A DNA stretch of 64,000 nucleotides from a bacterium (GCA_040390065.1 JAZJZE010000004.1:76969-140968); one strand, 5' to 3'. Positions 19,501 to 28,224 are shown, numbered from the stretch's first letter. Program-made: numbers and translations. The notes: generated by a model not told the origin, from the letters alone.

Positions 19501-22157
19501 CTGAAGGCTCGGTTGTCTTTGGCCCATGACCATGGATTTTGGCCGAGGTTGTATTCAGCCGAGGACTTCATCCCTGACGCGAAGTCGTCCGCCCAGTTGG
19601 CAACGTCATCAAGGTAGGCCTTTTCGTTGGCAAGATAACCCGCTGGGTTGAAACCGTGAACGAAGACCAATGGCGGAGCCACAAGTTCGGCCTGCACGGT
19701 CTGCACCGAGAGACGGAAGGTGCCTGCCCCCGTTGGCAAAGGTTCAGCGACGAGGCGGTAAACCGTCTGGTAGTGGCTATCGGTCTGTAGCATGTCGACG
19801 CCAGCCAGATGCGTGCCGATGCCGGTATCCGGCGTCAATGTCCAGCACGACTGGCTCGCGCACAGGTGCAGCGTTCCGTACATGTCGGCATCCGGCATCG
19901 TCGTCCAGTGGCCACCGACGGCGTCGTAGCGTTCGAGGTGAGCGAACTTGACGTAGGCTCCGTCCTTGGCCGGGTCCGGCGGCATGGCCGAGCCCCCTAG
20001 GTCAAGGCGGAAATGCATCCAGAACTTGGAGAACGTCGTCCCGTCAGCGTTCCTGAGGTCCATGTGACGATTGAATTGCCCCCATTCAATCAGGAAATCG
20101 TTCTCATCCGCGCCCGCGTCCGTGGTCGCGTGGACGATGTGGTCGCTCCAACCCATGGGTGAATTGTCGTCGCCCCATGGCGGGCAGATCGATGTCGGTG
20201 GATTGACTTGGCCAGCACAGATGGGAATCGTCGCTCCAAGGGTGTTCGCGCTGCCCGCCAACGTGGCCCACGTCCTGCCAGTCGTTTCGGCGCCCGGCCC
20301 CTCCGGCAATGTGGCGTCGTCGGGCTCGTAAGCCGTCACCTTGTAGTCGTATTGACCCCCATTGACGGTCGGCCCGCCCGCTCCATTGTCCACGAACGCC
20401 AAGCCAGGGCCGGACCAGCGCGGCGAGCCCCAGTCGGTGGCGCCGTGGTCGCGGCGGTACAAGTGGTACGCGGTGGCGGGAAGATAGCCCGTGGGTACGG
20501 GCGTGCTCCAATCCAACTTGTTCTCCAGTGCATGGTCGCCGTAGTGGAACGCCAAGGCTTGCGGAGCGCCCGGCGTAGTGTAGGGCGCGGCGCTTGGGTC
20601 GCCGCTACTGGCGGGACTGGTTCCGACGGAGTTCTGCGCCGTCACGCGGAAGTAGTACGTCGTCCCGGGCACGAGGGCGATTCCCCCCGGACCGACGGTC
20701 GTCGCCTTCGACGTGGTTGCCGACGTGGCCGTCGAATCGACTTCGGCTCCGGCCGCAGTCGAAGCCAGGATGTGATATGTCACGGTTGAGCCGCAATTCG
20801 CCACTGCGGCCCACGCGACGGTTACTGTGCCGGCGCCGGGTCCGGCCGTTGCCGTGACTCCGGTGGGGGCTGCGGGGATGTCGGGTGGCGTCGTGGCTGA
20901 CGCAGTTGCAGGGTCGCCCCAGCCCCATGCGTTGTGCGCCTTGACGATGTAGGACTTGAGGGTGCCGCATGGGATTCCTGTCTGCGTGTAGGGCGACGTG
21001 GTCGCCCCCGGGATGGCCGCGCCGGTGGCGGCGTCGTACAGTTGGTAACCAGTGATGGCGCTGCCACCGTTACTTGTGGCGGGCGTCCAGGCGACTTTGA
21101 TGGAGTGCGACGTCAACGCGGTAGCGGTAATCGAGGCCGGGCTGCCGGGCGTCGTGGCGAGCGTGATGGTGGCGCCGTTGCTGGCGGCACTCGTGAAGTG
21201 GTAGTTTACCGCCTTCACGGTGTACGTGTAGGAGATGCCCGGCGGCACGCCGTCTTGAATCCAGAACGTCGTACCCGAGGCAACACTCCAGACGGAGTTC
21301 GCCGAGTCGGAGCGGTAAATCAGGAATGCCCAGGCCGTATCCCCGCCCCAATACGTCGGCGCGTTCCAATACAGCGTCACTTGGCCAAGAGCGGACTGCT
21401 CCACCGTCAGCGCCGTCGGAGCGCCGGGCGTATCGTAGTCCTTGTCATGGACTTCGGCGCTCGTGCTCTTGACGGTGCTTGTCACGACGGCCTTGACCTT
21501 GTAGTAGTTCTCCTGCCCCGGAGTAAGCCCGCCATGCTGGTACGTGAAGACGTTGTTCGGCGCCGTATAGACGAGCGTATTCTCGTTCCCCGGCGAGGTC
21601 CCCCACCAGACCTCGTAGTTCACGACCGGGTAGCAGAACGTCCCGGTGGCCTGGCCCCATGACACCGTGACTTGCTTGGGGCCGGGACCCCACTGGGCAC
21701 TGGCCGAAGGGACTGTCGGGGTTTGCGGCGTGGCCGAAGGCGGGTCAATCGTTATGGAACGCGCGTTCGAAACGTACTTGGGGCCAATCGGAATGTCGCC
21801 CGGGGCCGTTTCCATGTCGAAGGCATCCCACGTGTAGCTTCCGGCCGTGCAGAATGGCCAGTTCCAATTGTAGCTTGATGGAAAGGACGTCTGGTCTATG
21901 AGCCACGACGATTGACCCGTACTAATGTCAACGCCCGTGCGGATGTGAGTTCCCGCGTCCGCATGACTCGTCCAACTTAGCAGCACGTTGCCCGCGGGAA
22001 AATGCGAGCCGGAAGCCGGGCCGTCAAGGGTCGGCCAGGTCGCTGCCGCCTGGACGCCATGGGCCAGAACGACGACGGCACCGAATGCCGCGAGGGTTCC
22101 TAGCGTGAGGACGGCGGCGGAAACAGGGGCCGGCGGGGTAGGTAGGCGGGACTTCAT
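16536..22157 (-). CDS. Large secreted multidomain protein: FN3 repeats, alpha/beta hydrolase (lipase-like), kelch repeats
   Basis: Signal peptide; about 5 FN3 repeats (P.AP..L...V.W...Y.V.A.N); LVFVHG, DVIAHSAGG, ITMGTPNLG; LHDDG..PD..AGDGVY; kelch GG-Y-W repeats. Confidence 0.85.
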   Translation of the reverse strand: MKSRLPTPPAPVSAAVLTLGTLAAFGAVVVLAHGVQAAATWPTLDGPASGSHFPAGNVLLSWTSHADAGTHIRTGVDISTGQSSWLIDQTSFPSSYNWNWPFCTAGSYTWDAFDMETAPGDIPIGPKYVSNARSITIDPPSATPQTPTVPSASAQWGPGPKQVTVSWGQATGTFCYPVVNYEVWWGTSPGNENTLVYTAPNNVFTYQHGGLTPGQENYYKVKAVVTSTVKSTSAEVHDKDYDTPGAPTALTVEQSALGQVTLYWNAPTYWGGDTAWAFLIYRSDSANSVWSVASGTTFWIQDGVPPGISYTYTVKAVNYHFTSAASNGATITLATTPGSPASITATALTSHSIKVAWTPATSNGGSAITGYQLYDAATGAAIPGATTSPYTQTGIPCGTLKSYIVKAHNAWGWGDPATASATTPPDIPAAPTGVTATAGPGAGTVTVAWAAVANCGSTVTYHILASTAAGAEVDSTATSATTSKATTVGPGGIALVPGTTYYFRVTAQNSVGTSPASSGDPSAAPYTTPGAPQALAFHYGDHALENKLDWSTPVPTGYLPATAYHLYRRDHGATDWGSPRWSGPGLAFVDNGAGGPTVNGGQYDYKVTAYEPDDATLPEGPGAETTGRTWATLAGSANTLGATIPICAGQVNPPTSICPPWGDDNSPMGWSDHIVHATTDAGADENDFLIEWGQFNRHMDLRNADGTTFSKFWMHFRLDLGGSAMPPDPAKDGAYVKFAHLERYDAVGGHWTTMPDADMYGTLHLCASQSCWTLTPDTGIGTHLAGVDMLQTDSHYQTVYRLVAEPLPTGAGTFRLSVQTVQAELVAPPLVFVHGFNPAGYLANEKAYLDDVANWADDFASGMKSSAEYNLGQNPWSWAKDNRAFSNVEYNGKQDLRSSTQTLEGHINAIHAGYQRGLKDGNFETDFGNVPRTQDSDGVNIAFLGPVDVIAHSAGGLVARYMIETKLAQEGHTPERMVANLITMGTPNLGSNVVQYKYNICDQSLTSMGSGCQATSKPKGQQSYYVDGSGRDLYVRYQGWKYGWWGDGTTTRNSAWGDGSKVNVQIDPELMDATDANPVIGASWYPTPDALENTYHNHPRIGYFHLAGDVCQAGAFWHDGSCGDGAVGTDSATHNRDSKSCSYIRHDPGYGHDYNAPGSTSRMMDKTFFRDLTTSYLEGYRNSGICNDSGAGFSLLSASAPAAAYTDDPHKDETRARLVAAMTTAGGNSIATFHVSASGLDEMTLNVHSEASLQGAMVAVTRPDGTVNSFSDVQGLGTDIGWSGAFDVAPFPFGSLFVDHPADGDWTIAITYAGVAADPPQGDLVMHGSLAVGDRTDTMVQVASDATLRGVVWLNGVPQTGAVVTATTLDSITNATVTVDLHDDGVAPDASAGDGVYAGSFRYALPGVYPVTITATYGGVTRQDSRTVGVYITFGEWRRTCASILLSSPDNVIAEAVQLDLNHTVACLANSLPFDSFPTVPCVPIGIPPQLPPGDDVPNMAPQLKRLLNCLEGAPPPVVRCITTNIKGLSLPVDGSALVDALASCTGATCPAGMVGTPPACVAAPLLSAPAAAYAGWCAPPSGSVGSGTVVVSNGLLHDNDPTSDSDAAACYNDVTKVWYGLPPAPTRRSQAVGVSVGTVYYVIGGKSDACGPTKVCGTVDAYDSTTGAWTTLPNPMPVAVAGAGAAAWGNQIFVFGGRTCAVMYGCGAQGNVQVLDLSTLTWSLGVMPMPTPRADVQSVTLSSAPIPGFCAPMIVAGGNSWGAPASELASVDIFDACVGAWATPGTIPDMPLAVQDAVAISGASGICVVGGFNHNVATNAVQRYDIASNAWTLGPPNAAARPGLAGSAISSASGQGILLAKVKDPGATVMTC

Positions 22158-22315
22158 GCAATCAGGCTCCACGGTGGCTCTCGGGGGAAAAGGAGGCAAA
22201 GACGTGAGACACCAAACACGAATCCGAGAGTGCTCAACAACGCCAAGAAGCGCTGTCTAAGCGATTTCTGGAGGCTGATTCGGCAGTTGAACGTTTCGGG
22301 CCGTATCCCATTTGA

Positions 22316-22597
22316 ATGGCAACCGTGTCTGGCACCACAATGCCCCGCCTCAAGAAGGGAGCGCCGCCGCCTGAACCCCTCGTGACGGTTGGCATCAAGC
22401 GGGGTGTGGTGGACAAGGTTGACCACTACTTGGACACGCACCCGGAATCGGCCTTCAAGAACCGCAACGAGTTTGCCACGCACGCGATTGCCGACAAGCT
22501 GCGGGACCTGGAACGGGAAGAGCATGAGCGACTCCTGATGGAAGCCTACAAGTCCGGCAAGGCCGGGCCGTTGGAGCAACTGCGCCCCAAGGCCTAA
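22316..22597 (+). CDS. Ribbon-helix-helix-like regulator
   Basis: VTVGIKRGVVDKVD...FKNRNEFATHAIADKL resembles CopG/RHH; divergent from the large gene. Confidence 0.6.
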   Translation: MATVSGTTMPRLKKGAPPPEPLVTVGIKRGVVDKVDHYLDTHPESAFKNRNEFATHAIADKLRDLEREEHERLLMEAYKSGKAGPLEQLRPKA

Positions 22598-24144
22598 GCG
22601 AAGGCGGGATCTCGAACGCGCGAGGCCACCCGTTGCAGTGTTGCACGCATCGAGAACAGCAGGGCCCCGCCTTCCAAGGATTCCCAACGCGGGTCTTCCA
22701 GTGCCTCCTGGAACGTGGGGAAGTGGTCGCGGCTCAAGCGCTCCAGCCACACGACGGCCTCCTGGTCCTTGCCGCACTCTTTCGCCTCCTCGGCGCACAG
22801 CCGCGCGACTCCGGCTCGCTCGCGGCCTTCCGGCACCAATGGGTAGGCTTCCGTGAAGATGGCCAATGCTGCGGCATGGTGGCCGCGCTGCCGGGCGATG
22901 CTGCCCTCCAAGACGCGGCCATCCAACGATGCGGGGAACGCCTTCAGGCAGCGATGAACCAACTTGGCCGCCTTGGCGAAACGGCCGCGTAGTCGTGCCT
23001 GATTGGCCATGTGCCAGTACGCCGCGCCGCGCCGCTGGCGAAACGTGGCCGGCAGCGAGAAGCCAGTCGGTTTTCCCGCCCAGCGAAGCCACGAATAGCG
23101 AATGTTCGGACGTCCCGCGACGACGGCGCCCGTCAGGAGAGTTGCGGCAAGTGTCCAAAACCACACCGACGGAACAGTGCCAGCCGTCGGGCCTGTAACG
23201 ACCTGCCCGGCCAGCGAAATCTCGCCTGCGGGTCCATCCATGTCGACGTGGAAGGGCTGCATGACGTCCTGGCCCGCGACGAGAAGCGGCGGTGGTGCCT
23301 GCACGTCCAAGCGCTGCGACTGGAGCGTCTGAACATGGTCGCCAACCGTCACGGGCCCCGAGGCGACTAGGGATACTGTGCTCGCGATGAGTTCCGCTAG
23401 GCCTTGCGTAATGACGAGGGCGGGCTTCGCAGAGGGCAGGGTCAATGTTCCGTTCTTGACGAAGAGGTAGACTTCCACGTCGCGTCCTGCGACTGGATTG
23501 TCCGGAAGCAGCGGCGAGGGTTGGGAGCCCGTCTTGAGGTCGGTGCTTTGCCCGCCTGATTGGAGGGTGGCATCCCATTCCCACAGCGAGAGTTGGAAGT
23601 CGCCGCGGACAGTTAGTGCAGTGCAGTCTTGCCAGGCCAGTCCGCGCGACGTGTCGCGCTCCAGGTTTCCGCGCTGAGGTGTCACGAGGGGCACGCGGAC
23701 GACTTTCGCGGCCTTCGTCGCTTCCGTCTGTCCGCAATTTGCTTCGACCGTGGGGGGAACTTCGCCGGTTAGGGAAGCGAGATTCCATCGGTGGCCGGCT
23801 CGGTTTGCCGTCCCGCGGACTGTGGCTTGGTCGTAGTCGGCTGGGGTTGTCGTCGGATTGATGCGCTTGGGCGTGGACGTGGGGTGCAGGGAAATGTCGG
23901 CGGAATCCGTTTCCGCCCGAATGTGCGTAGCGCGCAGCGCGAAGGCTGACGGGGCCAGGCCTGGAGTATCCGTGGCGTCCTCCTCGAATGCCACCGTCAA
24001 GGAGCTGCGGACCGTGCCCTTGGATGTCTGCAAGGAGGAGGCCGAGAGGTGAGCCTGAATCGTCAGGCCCTCCGCCGCTTGCGCTACCGCCGCGAAACAC
24101 AGCAGGAGCACGATTGCCGATGTAGCCCACCGCATTGGTTTCAC
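22594..24144 (-). CDS. Single-pass membrane protein, extracellular beta domain plus cytoplasmic TPR region
   Basis: Signal peptide, TM (VWFWTLAATLLTGAVV), helical TPR-like repeats. Confidence 0.7.
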   Translation of the reverse strand: MKPMRWATSAIVLLLCFAAVAQAAEGLTIQAHLSASSLQTSKGTVRSSLTVAFEEDATDTPGLAPSAFALRATHIRAETDSADISLHPTSTPKRINPTTTPADYDQATVRGTANRAGHRWNLASLTGEVPPTVEANCGQTEATKAAKVVRVPLVTPQRGNLERDTSRGLAWQDCTALTVRGDFQLSLWEWDATLQSGGQSTDLKTGSQPSPLLPDNPVAGRDVEVYLFVKNGTLTLPSAKPALVITQGLAELIASTVSLVASGPVTVGDHVQTLQSQRLDVQAPPPLLVAGQDVMQPFHVDMDGPAGEISLAGQVVTGPTAGTVPSVWFWTLAATLLTGAVVAGRPNIRYSWLRWAGKPTGFSLPATFRQRRGAAYWHMANQARLRGRFAKAAKLVHRCLKAFPASLDGRVLEGSIARQRGHHAAALAIFTEAYPLVPEGRERAGVARLCAEEAKECGKDQEAVVWLERLSRDHFPTFQEALEDPRWESLEGGALLFSMRATLQRVASRVRDPAFA

Positions 24145-24636
24145 CTAGGGAAGGCACTCGTCTCGAATGCCATACGCCACGAAGGGGGGGTACGTGTAGA
24201 TGGCCAGCGACAGCGGGTCGCAAGGCACGCCGGGGACGCCGCCTCCGCCCTTTGCGACCCAGAGGGTGTCGCTTTGGGGGCTCTCGACGCTGGATGCGAC
24301 GGCCTTGACGTAGTAGTAGTGGATTCCCGAAATGGTAGCCAGATTCTCCGAGTATGATGTCGTCGTGGTCGTTGCGGCAAGGGCATCGTCGCGGTAGACG
24401 TTGTAGGAATCTGGTGTTCCAGAGGTGGGGGCGAGCCACGAGATGGTTAGCATCTGCCTGGAGGCGTCGTAGCTGCCGGAGACGCCGCGCGGCGCCGAGG
24501 GCGGCATCACGCACAGGGGCCCGTCGAGGACGATGGCGCAGCCGCCCACCGTGACGGGGCAAGCCGCGACGGAGCCGGCAAGAATCAATAGAACCGCGAT
24601 GCCCAAGTGGAAGCGCAGGAGGACCACCGAATCCAA
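24145..24636 (-). CDS. Small secreted FN3-domain protein with Cys-bracketed C-terminal tail
   Basis: PSAPR...ISW.AP...SYNVYRD...YYYVKAV...ES; tail CDPL...PPF....DECLP. Confidence 0.7.
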   Translation of the reverse strand: MDSVVLLRFHLGIAVLLILAGSVAACPVTVGGCAIVLDGPLCVMPPSAPRGVSGSYDASRQMLTISWLAPTSGTPDSYNVYRDDALAATTTTTSYSENLATISGIHYYYVKAVASSVESPQSDTLWVAKGGGGVPGVPCDPLSLAIYTYPPFVAYGIRDECLP

Positions 24637-24681
24637 CCCATCCTCTCCGGCACCTAAGCGTATTGGCTAGAATGAGCCCAT

Positions 24682-26019
24682 TCATGTGGCGAGCCTCCTG
24701 GACTTGCTCGTTTTCACGGTCATGCTGGCATAGAGCCCATCCAATTCCCGCCAGGCCGCTTTCGCCAGGATTTCGACGCCGCCGGTGAAGTCGATTTCGA
24801 CGCCCTCCCGCTCGGCGAGGTACACGAGACGGGCGAGGTTGTGGGCGATGACCATGCACAAGACCTCGTTGCGGCGGGCCTCGGGGTCGCGTGAGTAGAC
24901 TTGGTCGCCAAGAAACGCCTTGAAGGCGTGATTTCCTGCTTCGGCGTTGCTGCGGCGGTTCGCCTTGGCCACATAGGCGGCGGGGTCGAGGCGGGCGGCG
25001 TTGACGACGCGCTTGAAGGCGCGGTTGCGCTCGTAGTGGTCCGGGTTGGCGTTGCGCTTGAGTTTGACTTGGGCATCAATGCCCCGGCGTTGGAGGTACT
25101 CGAAGATGTACGCGGCCTGGTACGCCTTGTCGCCACCAACCTCCTTCACGTCCAACATCAACAACGCGCGCTCAAGAAGCGGCAAGAGCCACGGGGCCTC
25201 GCCAAACGGACCGGCCTGCGAGTGGATGCCCGCAATCATCGTGAACCTGTATGTCCACAAGATTTCCGTGAAGAGCCACGCGTGCTCCCGGCGCTCACTG
25301 CGGCGATGGTGTTTCTCCTCGAAGAAGGCCGTGAAGTGCTGCGTCGTGAGACCCGTGCCGTCGGGGTGGATGAGCGACTCGTAGCTGCGCACCGGCCACA
25401 AAGTCAAGAGGGCGAGTTTTTCGAGGATGACGTGCGTGTCCGGGTGGGCGAGGAAGCGGCTGATGGTGCTGCGTCCGCAGGCGCCGTAGGGGTTGTGCTC
25501 GACGTGGCCCGGGCGTTGCATGTTGCCTTGGTTGTGGTTGAGGTTGCCGCGCTCCGCCACCCGCATTACGGACTGGTAGACGAGGGCGTGGGTGGCCTTG
25601 AACGGCCGCCCGCGCCTGCGTTGGCGTGGCGCCTCGATGACGGGCAAACCCGAGCGCAGCAAGCGCCCAAGGTATTCCGGCAGAAGGGTGGGGACGAGTT
25701 GCCAGGCTCTTGCTTCAAGGCCGTGGTCGCGCGCCGTGTCGCTCTTGCGAAACACCGCCACGCCCTCTACTGCAACGAGGCCTTCCTGGATGAGGACGGC
25801 CAGGATGTGGCTGCACGGGTGGTCTTGGTTGAACTTGGGGTCCGTGCGGCAGCGCCACTGGTCCCCAGAGCGGTAGACTTGCACACGCCGGCCCGGAGTC
25901 CGCAGGCTGGCGACGTCGAAGTGGTCGGGGTCGACTTGGACGACGCCGTCGGGGCGGTCGAGGATGAGGCGCGCGTTGTGCACGACGCGGCGCGGCAAGC
26001 GCGCCAGGTCCAGGCTCAC
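24682..26019 (-). CDS. DDE transposase (IS4/IS5-like fold) with N-terminal SWIM-like Zn finger
   Basis: WRCRT...PCSHILAV; DGTG, DKAY, RSNAE...K, NEVLCMVIAHNL; GTGA overlap with the upstream gene. Confidence 0.85.
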   Translation of the reverse strand: MSLDLARLPRRVVHNARLILDRPDGVVQVDPDHFDVASLRTPGRRVQVYRSGDQWRCRTDPKFNQDHPCSHILAVLIQEGLVAVEGVAVFRKSDTARDHGLEARAWQLVPTLLPEYLGRLLRSGLPVIEAPRQRRRGRPFKATHALVYQSVMRVAERGNLNHNQGNMQRPGHVEHNPYGACGRSTISRFLAHPDTHVILEKLALLTLWPVRSYESLIHPDGTGLTTQHFTAFFEEKHHRRSERREHAWLFTEILWTYRFTMIAGIHSQAGPFGEAPWLLPLLERALLMLDVKEVGGDKAYQAAYIFEYLQRRGIDAQVKLKRNANPDHYERNRAFKRVVNAARLDPAAYVAKANRRSNAEAGNHAFKAFLGDQVYSRDPEARRNEVLCMVIAHNLARLVYLAEREGVEIDFTGGVEILAKAAWRELDGLYASMTVKTSKSRRLAT

Positions 26020-26654
26020 CACGTCAGCCTCCGGCGCGGCTTCGGGAGCCCCGAGTAGCCCAGCAGGTTGTCGAGGTAGGGGTCGCCGGTGGGGATGATG
26101 GGTTCCGGTTTGGCCCAAATGCCGTCGGGGATGGTCATGCCCGGCCGGCGACCAGACGAGGTGGGTGCGGGGGCGTCCGTGGGTTTGTTGGCGCCCTTGA
26201 GGTTCTTGACGAGGGCCGCCAAGCCCAGGGCGCTGGCCCCGAGGCCGGCGCCGATGAGCCAACCCGGAACCTTTGCGTCGCCGCTCATCGGGGGCGGTGG
26301 GGCGGCCTGCTCGCGGACTTCGGGCGTGGGTTCTGGTGGCTGGTTTGTCGTGTCGGGTGGCGCTGCGGCGGGGAGGGGACACGGCGCAGTGGCAGGCGGA
26401 GGTTGTGGCGTCGCGTCGGGCGTGGTTGGGGCCGCGGGCGGGTCGGGCGTAGGGTTGGCTGGCGCGGGGTCGGGTCCTCGCCACCTCAAGCCGACGACGG
26501 TTGGCTTGCCGTCCGGGCCCAGGGGGTGCTTGAGATCGTGGACGCGGCGGTACTCGTCGTGCTCGGGGTCGTTGTACGTGGCGAGGTGGCCGCCGCGGCC
26601 ATGGGCATCCCGAAACGTCCGGGCGCAAACGGGGCACAGGGAACTCATCAGCAA
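26016..26654 (-). CDS. C2H2-type Zn finger protein with Pro-rich linker and hydrophobic segment
   Basis: CPVC..TF......GHL......H; GWLIGAGLGASALGLAAL; translationally coupled to the transposase. Confidence 0.65.
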   Translation of the reverse strand: MLMSSLCPVCARTFRDAHGRGGHLATYNDPEHDEYRRVHDLKHPLGPDGKPTVVGLRWRGPDPAPANPTPDPPAAPTTPDATPQPPPATAPCPLPAAAPPDTTNQPPEPTPEVREQAAPPPPMSGDAKVPGWLIGAGLGASALGLAALVKNLKGANKPTDAPAPTSSGRRPGMTIPDGIWAKPEPIIPTGDPYLDNLLGYSGLPKPRRRLTW

Positions 26655-26693
26655 ACTCTATGGAGCGCGGCCGTCATATGCAGGAGACAGAGG

Positions 26694-27353
26694 TTGATTG
26701 ATTTGCAGAAGCGACTCTCGCGACGACCCACGAAGCGCACAAGTAAGCCTCACCCATTTAGCGTATCAAAAAGCAAGCGCCGCGGCCATTTCCTGACGCT
26801 GCGCGACCGTGCCTTGATTCTGGAGGGGCCGGAACCCCTGCGCCGGACGCCGGTGCAATACACGGGGCGGCGCGTGGACCGCGAACGCCGCGCCTATAAG
26901 CAGGCGTACCGCCGCGTGTGGCGGGAAGCCATGCGGGACGCCCGCGGTGCCCTCATTGACTTGTCCTTCCTGGCGGAGCACGCCGAAGCGGATTGGCTGT
27001 ACGACCTCGTGACGACCAACGAGCCCCTCTACGAATTAACCGACGAGGCGGAGGGAACGAAGGACTACCGCAGCCGCGTCAACGTCATGGGCTACGACGC
27101 TGCCCCCTTGGAGGCCCTACTGCGGTCCTTGGCGGGTCGCGTGGCGTGGGAACGCTGGCCCACCGTCACGAAGGAGAAACCCGACGCGGAAGCCGTCTCG
27201 GGTCGGGGAGGCTCCTTCGTCGTCGTCCACCTCGCCGCCGCCTTGGAAGAAGGCCTCAACAGCGAGGCCGCGGCGGCGTCGCACCTCGTGCAAATCGTCA
27301 ACCGCGAACCCACCCCCACAGCGTGGCCACCAAGGGCGCCCCGCCTCGCCTGA
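26694..27353 (+). CDS. Hypothetical protein
   Basis: Protein-like composition in the 3' two-thirds of ORF 26403..27353; start uncertain. Confidence 0.5.
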   Translation: MIDLQKRLSRRPTKRTSKPHPFSVSKSKRRGHFLTLRDRALILEGPEPLRRTPVQYTGRRVDRERRAYKQAYRRVWREAMRDARGALIDLSFLAEHAEADWLYDLVTTNEPLYELTDEAEGTKDYRSRVNVMGYDAAPLEALLRSLAGRVAWERWPTVTKEKPDAEAVSGRGGSFVVVHLAAALEEGLNSEAAAASHLVQIVNREPTPTAWPPRAPRLA

Positions 27354-27701
27354 CGGTGCCCCCGCCCAGGCGCCCACGACGGTGCCTTCGCCCGCCTCGC
27401 TGCAAGGTCCGCGGCGGAGGATTCAGAGGATTCAGCACCCAAGCCTTCAGCACCCATCCAACAGGAAGGAAAGAGGGTGCTGAACCGTCCTGGGTGCAGA
27501 AGCCTCCCGTGACAGTTCGCGGGTGCTTGCCGGGCACCGTGGGCACCCTCCAGGGAAGGTGCCCCTGGGAAGGCGAAGCACCCTCCCCGTGAAGCGCGGG
27601 CAAGGCGGCACCGAGGCACCGCGCAGCCAGGGCGGGGCCTTGGTCGAAGGCTGCCGGTTGGCGCGCGATGCCTTGATGAAGCCAAGAAGTCCTCCAGCAG
27701 T

Positions 27702-28040
27702 GTGGCCGATCTCTTGCTGCTGGCGCTTGCCCAGGCGTTGAAGGCGGCCACGCCGGACTGGAAACCCTACGCCAGCGGGACGATGGGCAGCAGCCTGGAA
27801 ATCCGCAACCATTCCGGCCTAGAAGTGCGCGTCGTGACTTCGGCCGGGCAAATCCAGGGGCCCTGGCGTTGGGACGGCGACGACCAACTCCTGGGCAACG
27901 CCGTCGCCGTTGCCGGGGATGAGGCCGCCCCCAGGATTCTCTACGCCATCCTCCAACCACTTGCCGACCAAGTACGGGTCGCCGTCGGCACCACCGCCGC
28001 AGGCGGTGCCGAATCCTTCCAGGTTTTCAAGACCAAATAG
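27702..28040 (+). CDS. Hypothetical protein
   Basis: 112-aa ORF ending just inside the right TIR region. Confidence 0.55.
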   Translation: MADLLLLALAQALKAATPDWKPYASGTMGSSLEIRNHSGLEVRVVTSAGQIQGPWRWDGDDQLLGNAVAVAGDEAAPRILYAILQPLADQVRVAVGTTAAGGAESFQVFKTK

Positions 28041-28148
28041 GGCCTGCCGTAAATCGCCGGGCCCGCTCGCAGAACCAGCATTACGGGAAGCAGTCGGGGC
28101 CACCGTTTCCCTTATCTACAAAACCCGTGTCGGCGCGATTGCGCCTCT

Positions 28149-28224
28149 GGGAGATTAGCCGAGACAGGTCCAAGGCAGCGGACTCTTAATCCGCCATTCA
28201 CCGGTTCGAATCCGGTATCTCCCG
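28149..28224 (+). tRNA. tRNA-Lys(CTT)
   Basis: Acceptor GGGAGAT/ATCTCCC, anticodon arm GCGGA-CTCTTAA-TCCGC, T arm ACCGG-TTCGAAT-CCGGT; no encoded CCA. Confidence 0.95.

Larger units (their letters stand above)
15519..28095. mobile_element. 12.6-kb cargo-carrying DDE transposon
   Basis: Ends GGTTGCTTCCCGTAA (15519-15533) and TTACGGGAAGCAGTC (28081-28095) are 13/15 inverted repeats. Flanked by exact 9-bp direct repeat GGGGCCACC (15510-15518, 28096-28104). Internal transposase. Confidence 0.85.

Noticed and set aside
26020-26637. Long N-terminal extension of the transposase ORF
   Set aside because: It overlaps the Zn-finger gene in another frame and is Arg/Pro-rich shadow sequence; the GTGA overlap at 26019 is a better start.
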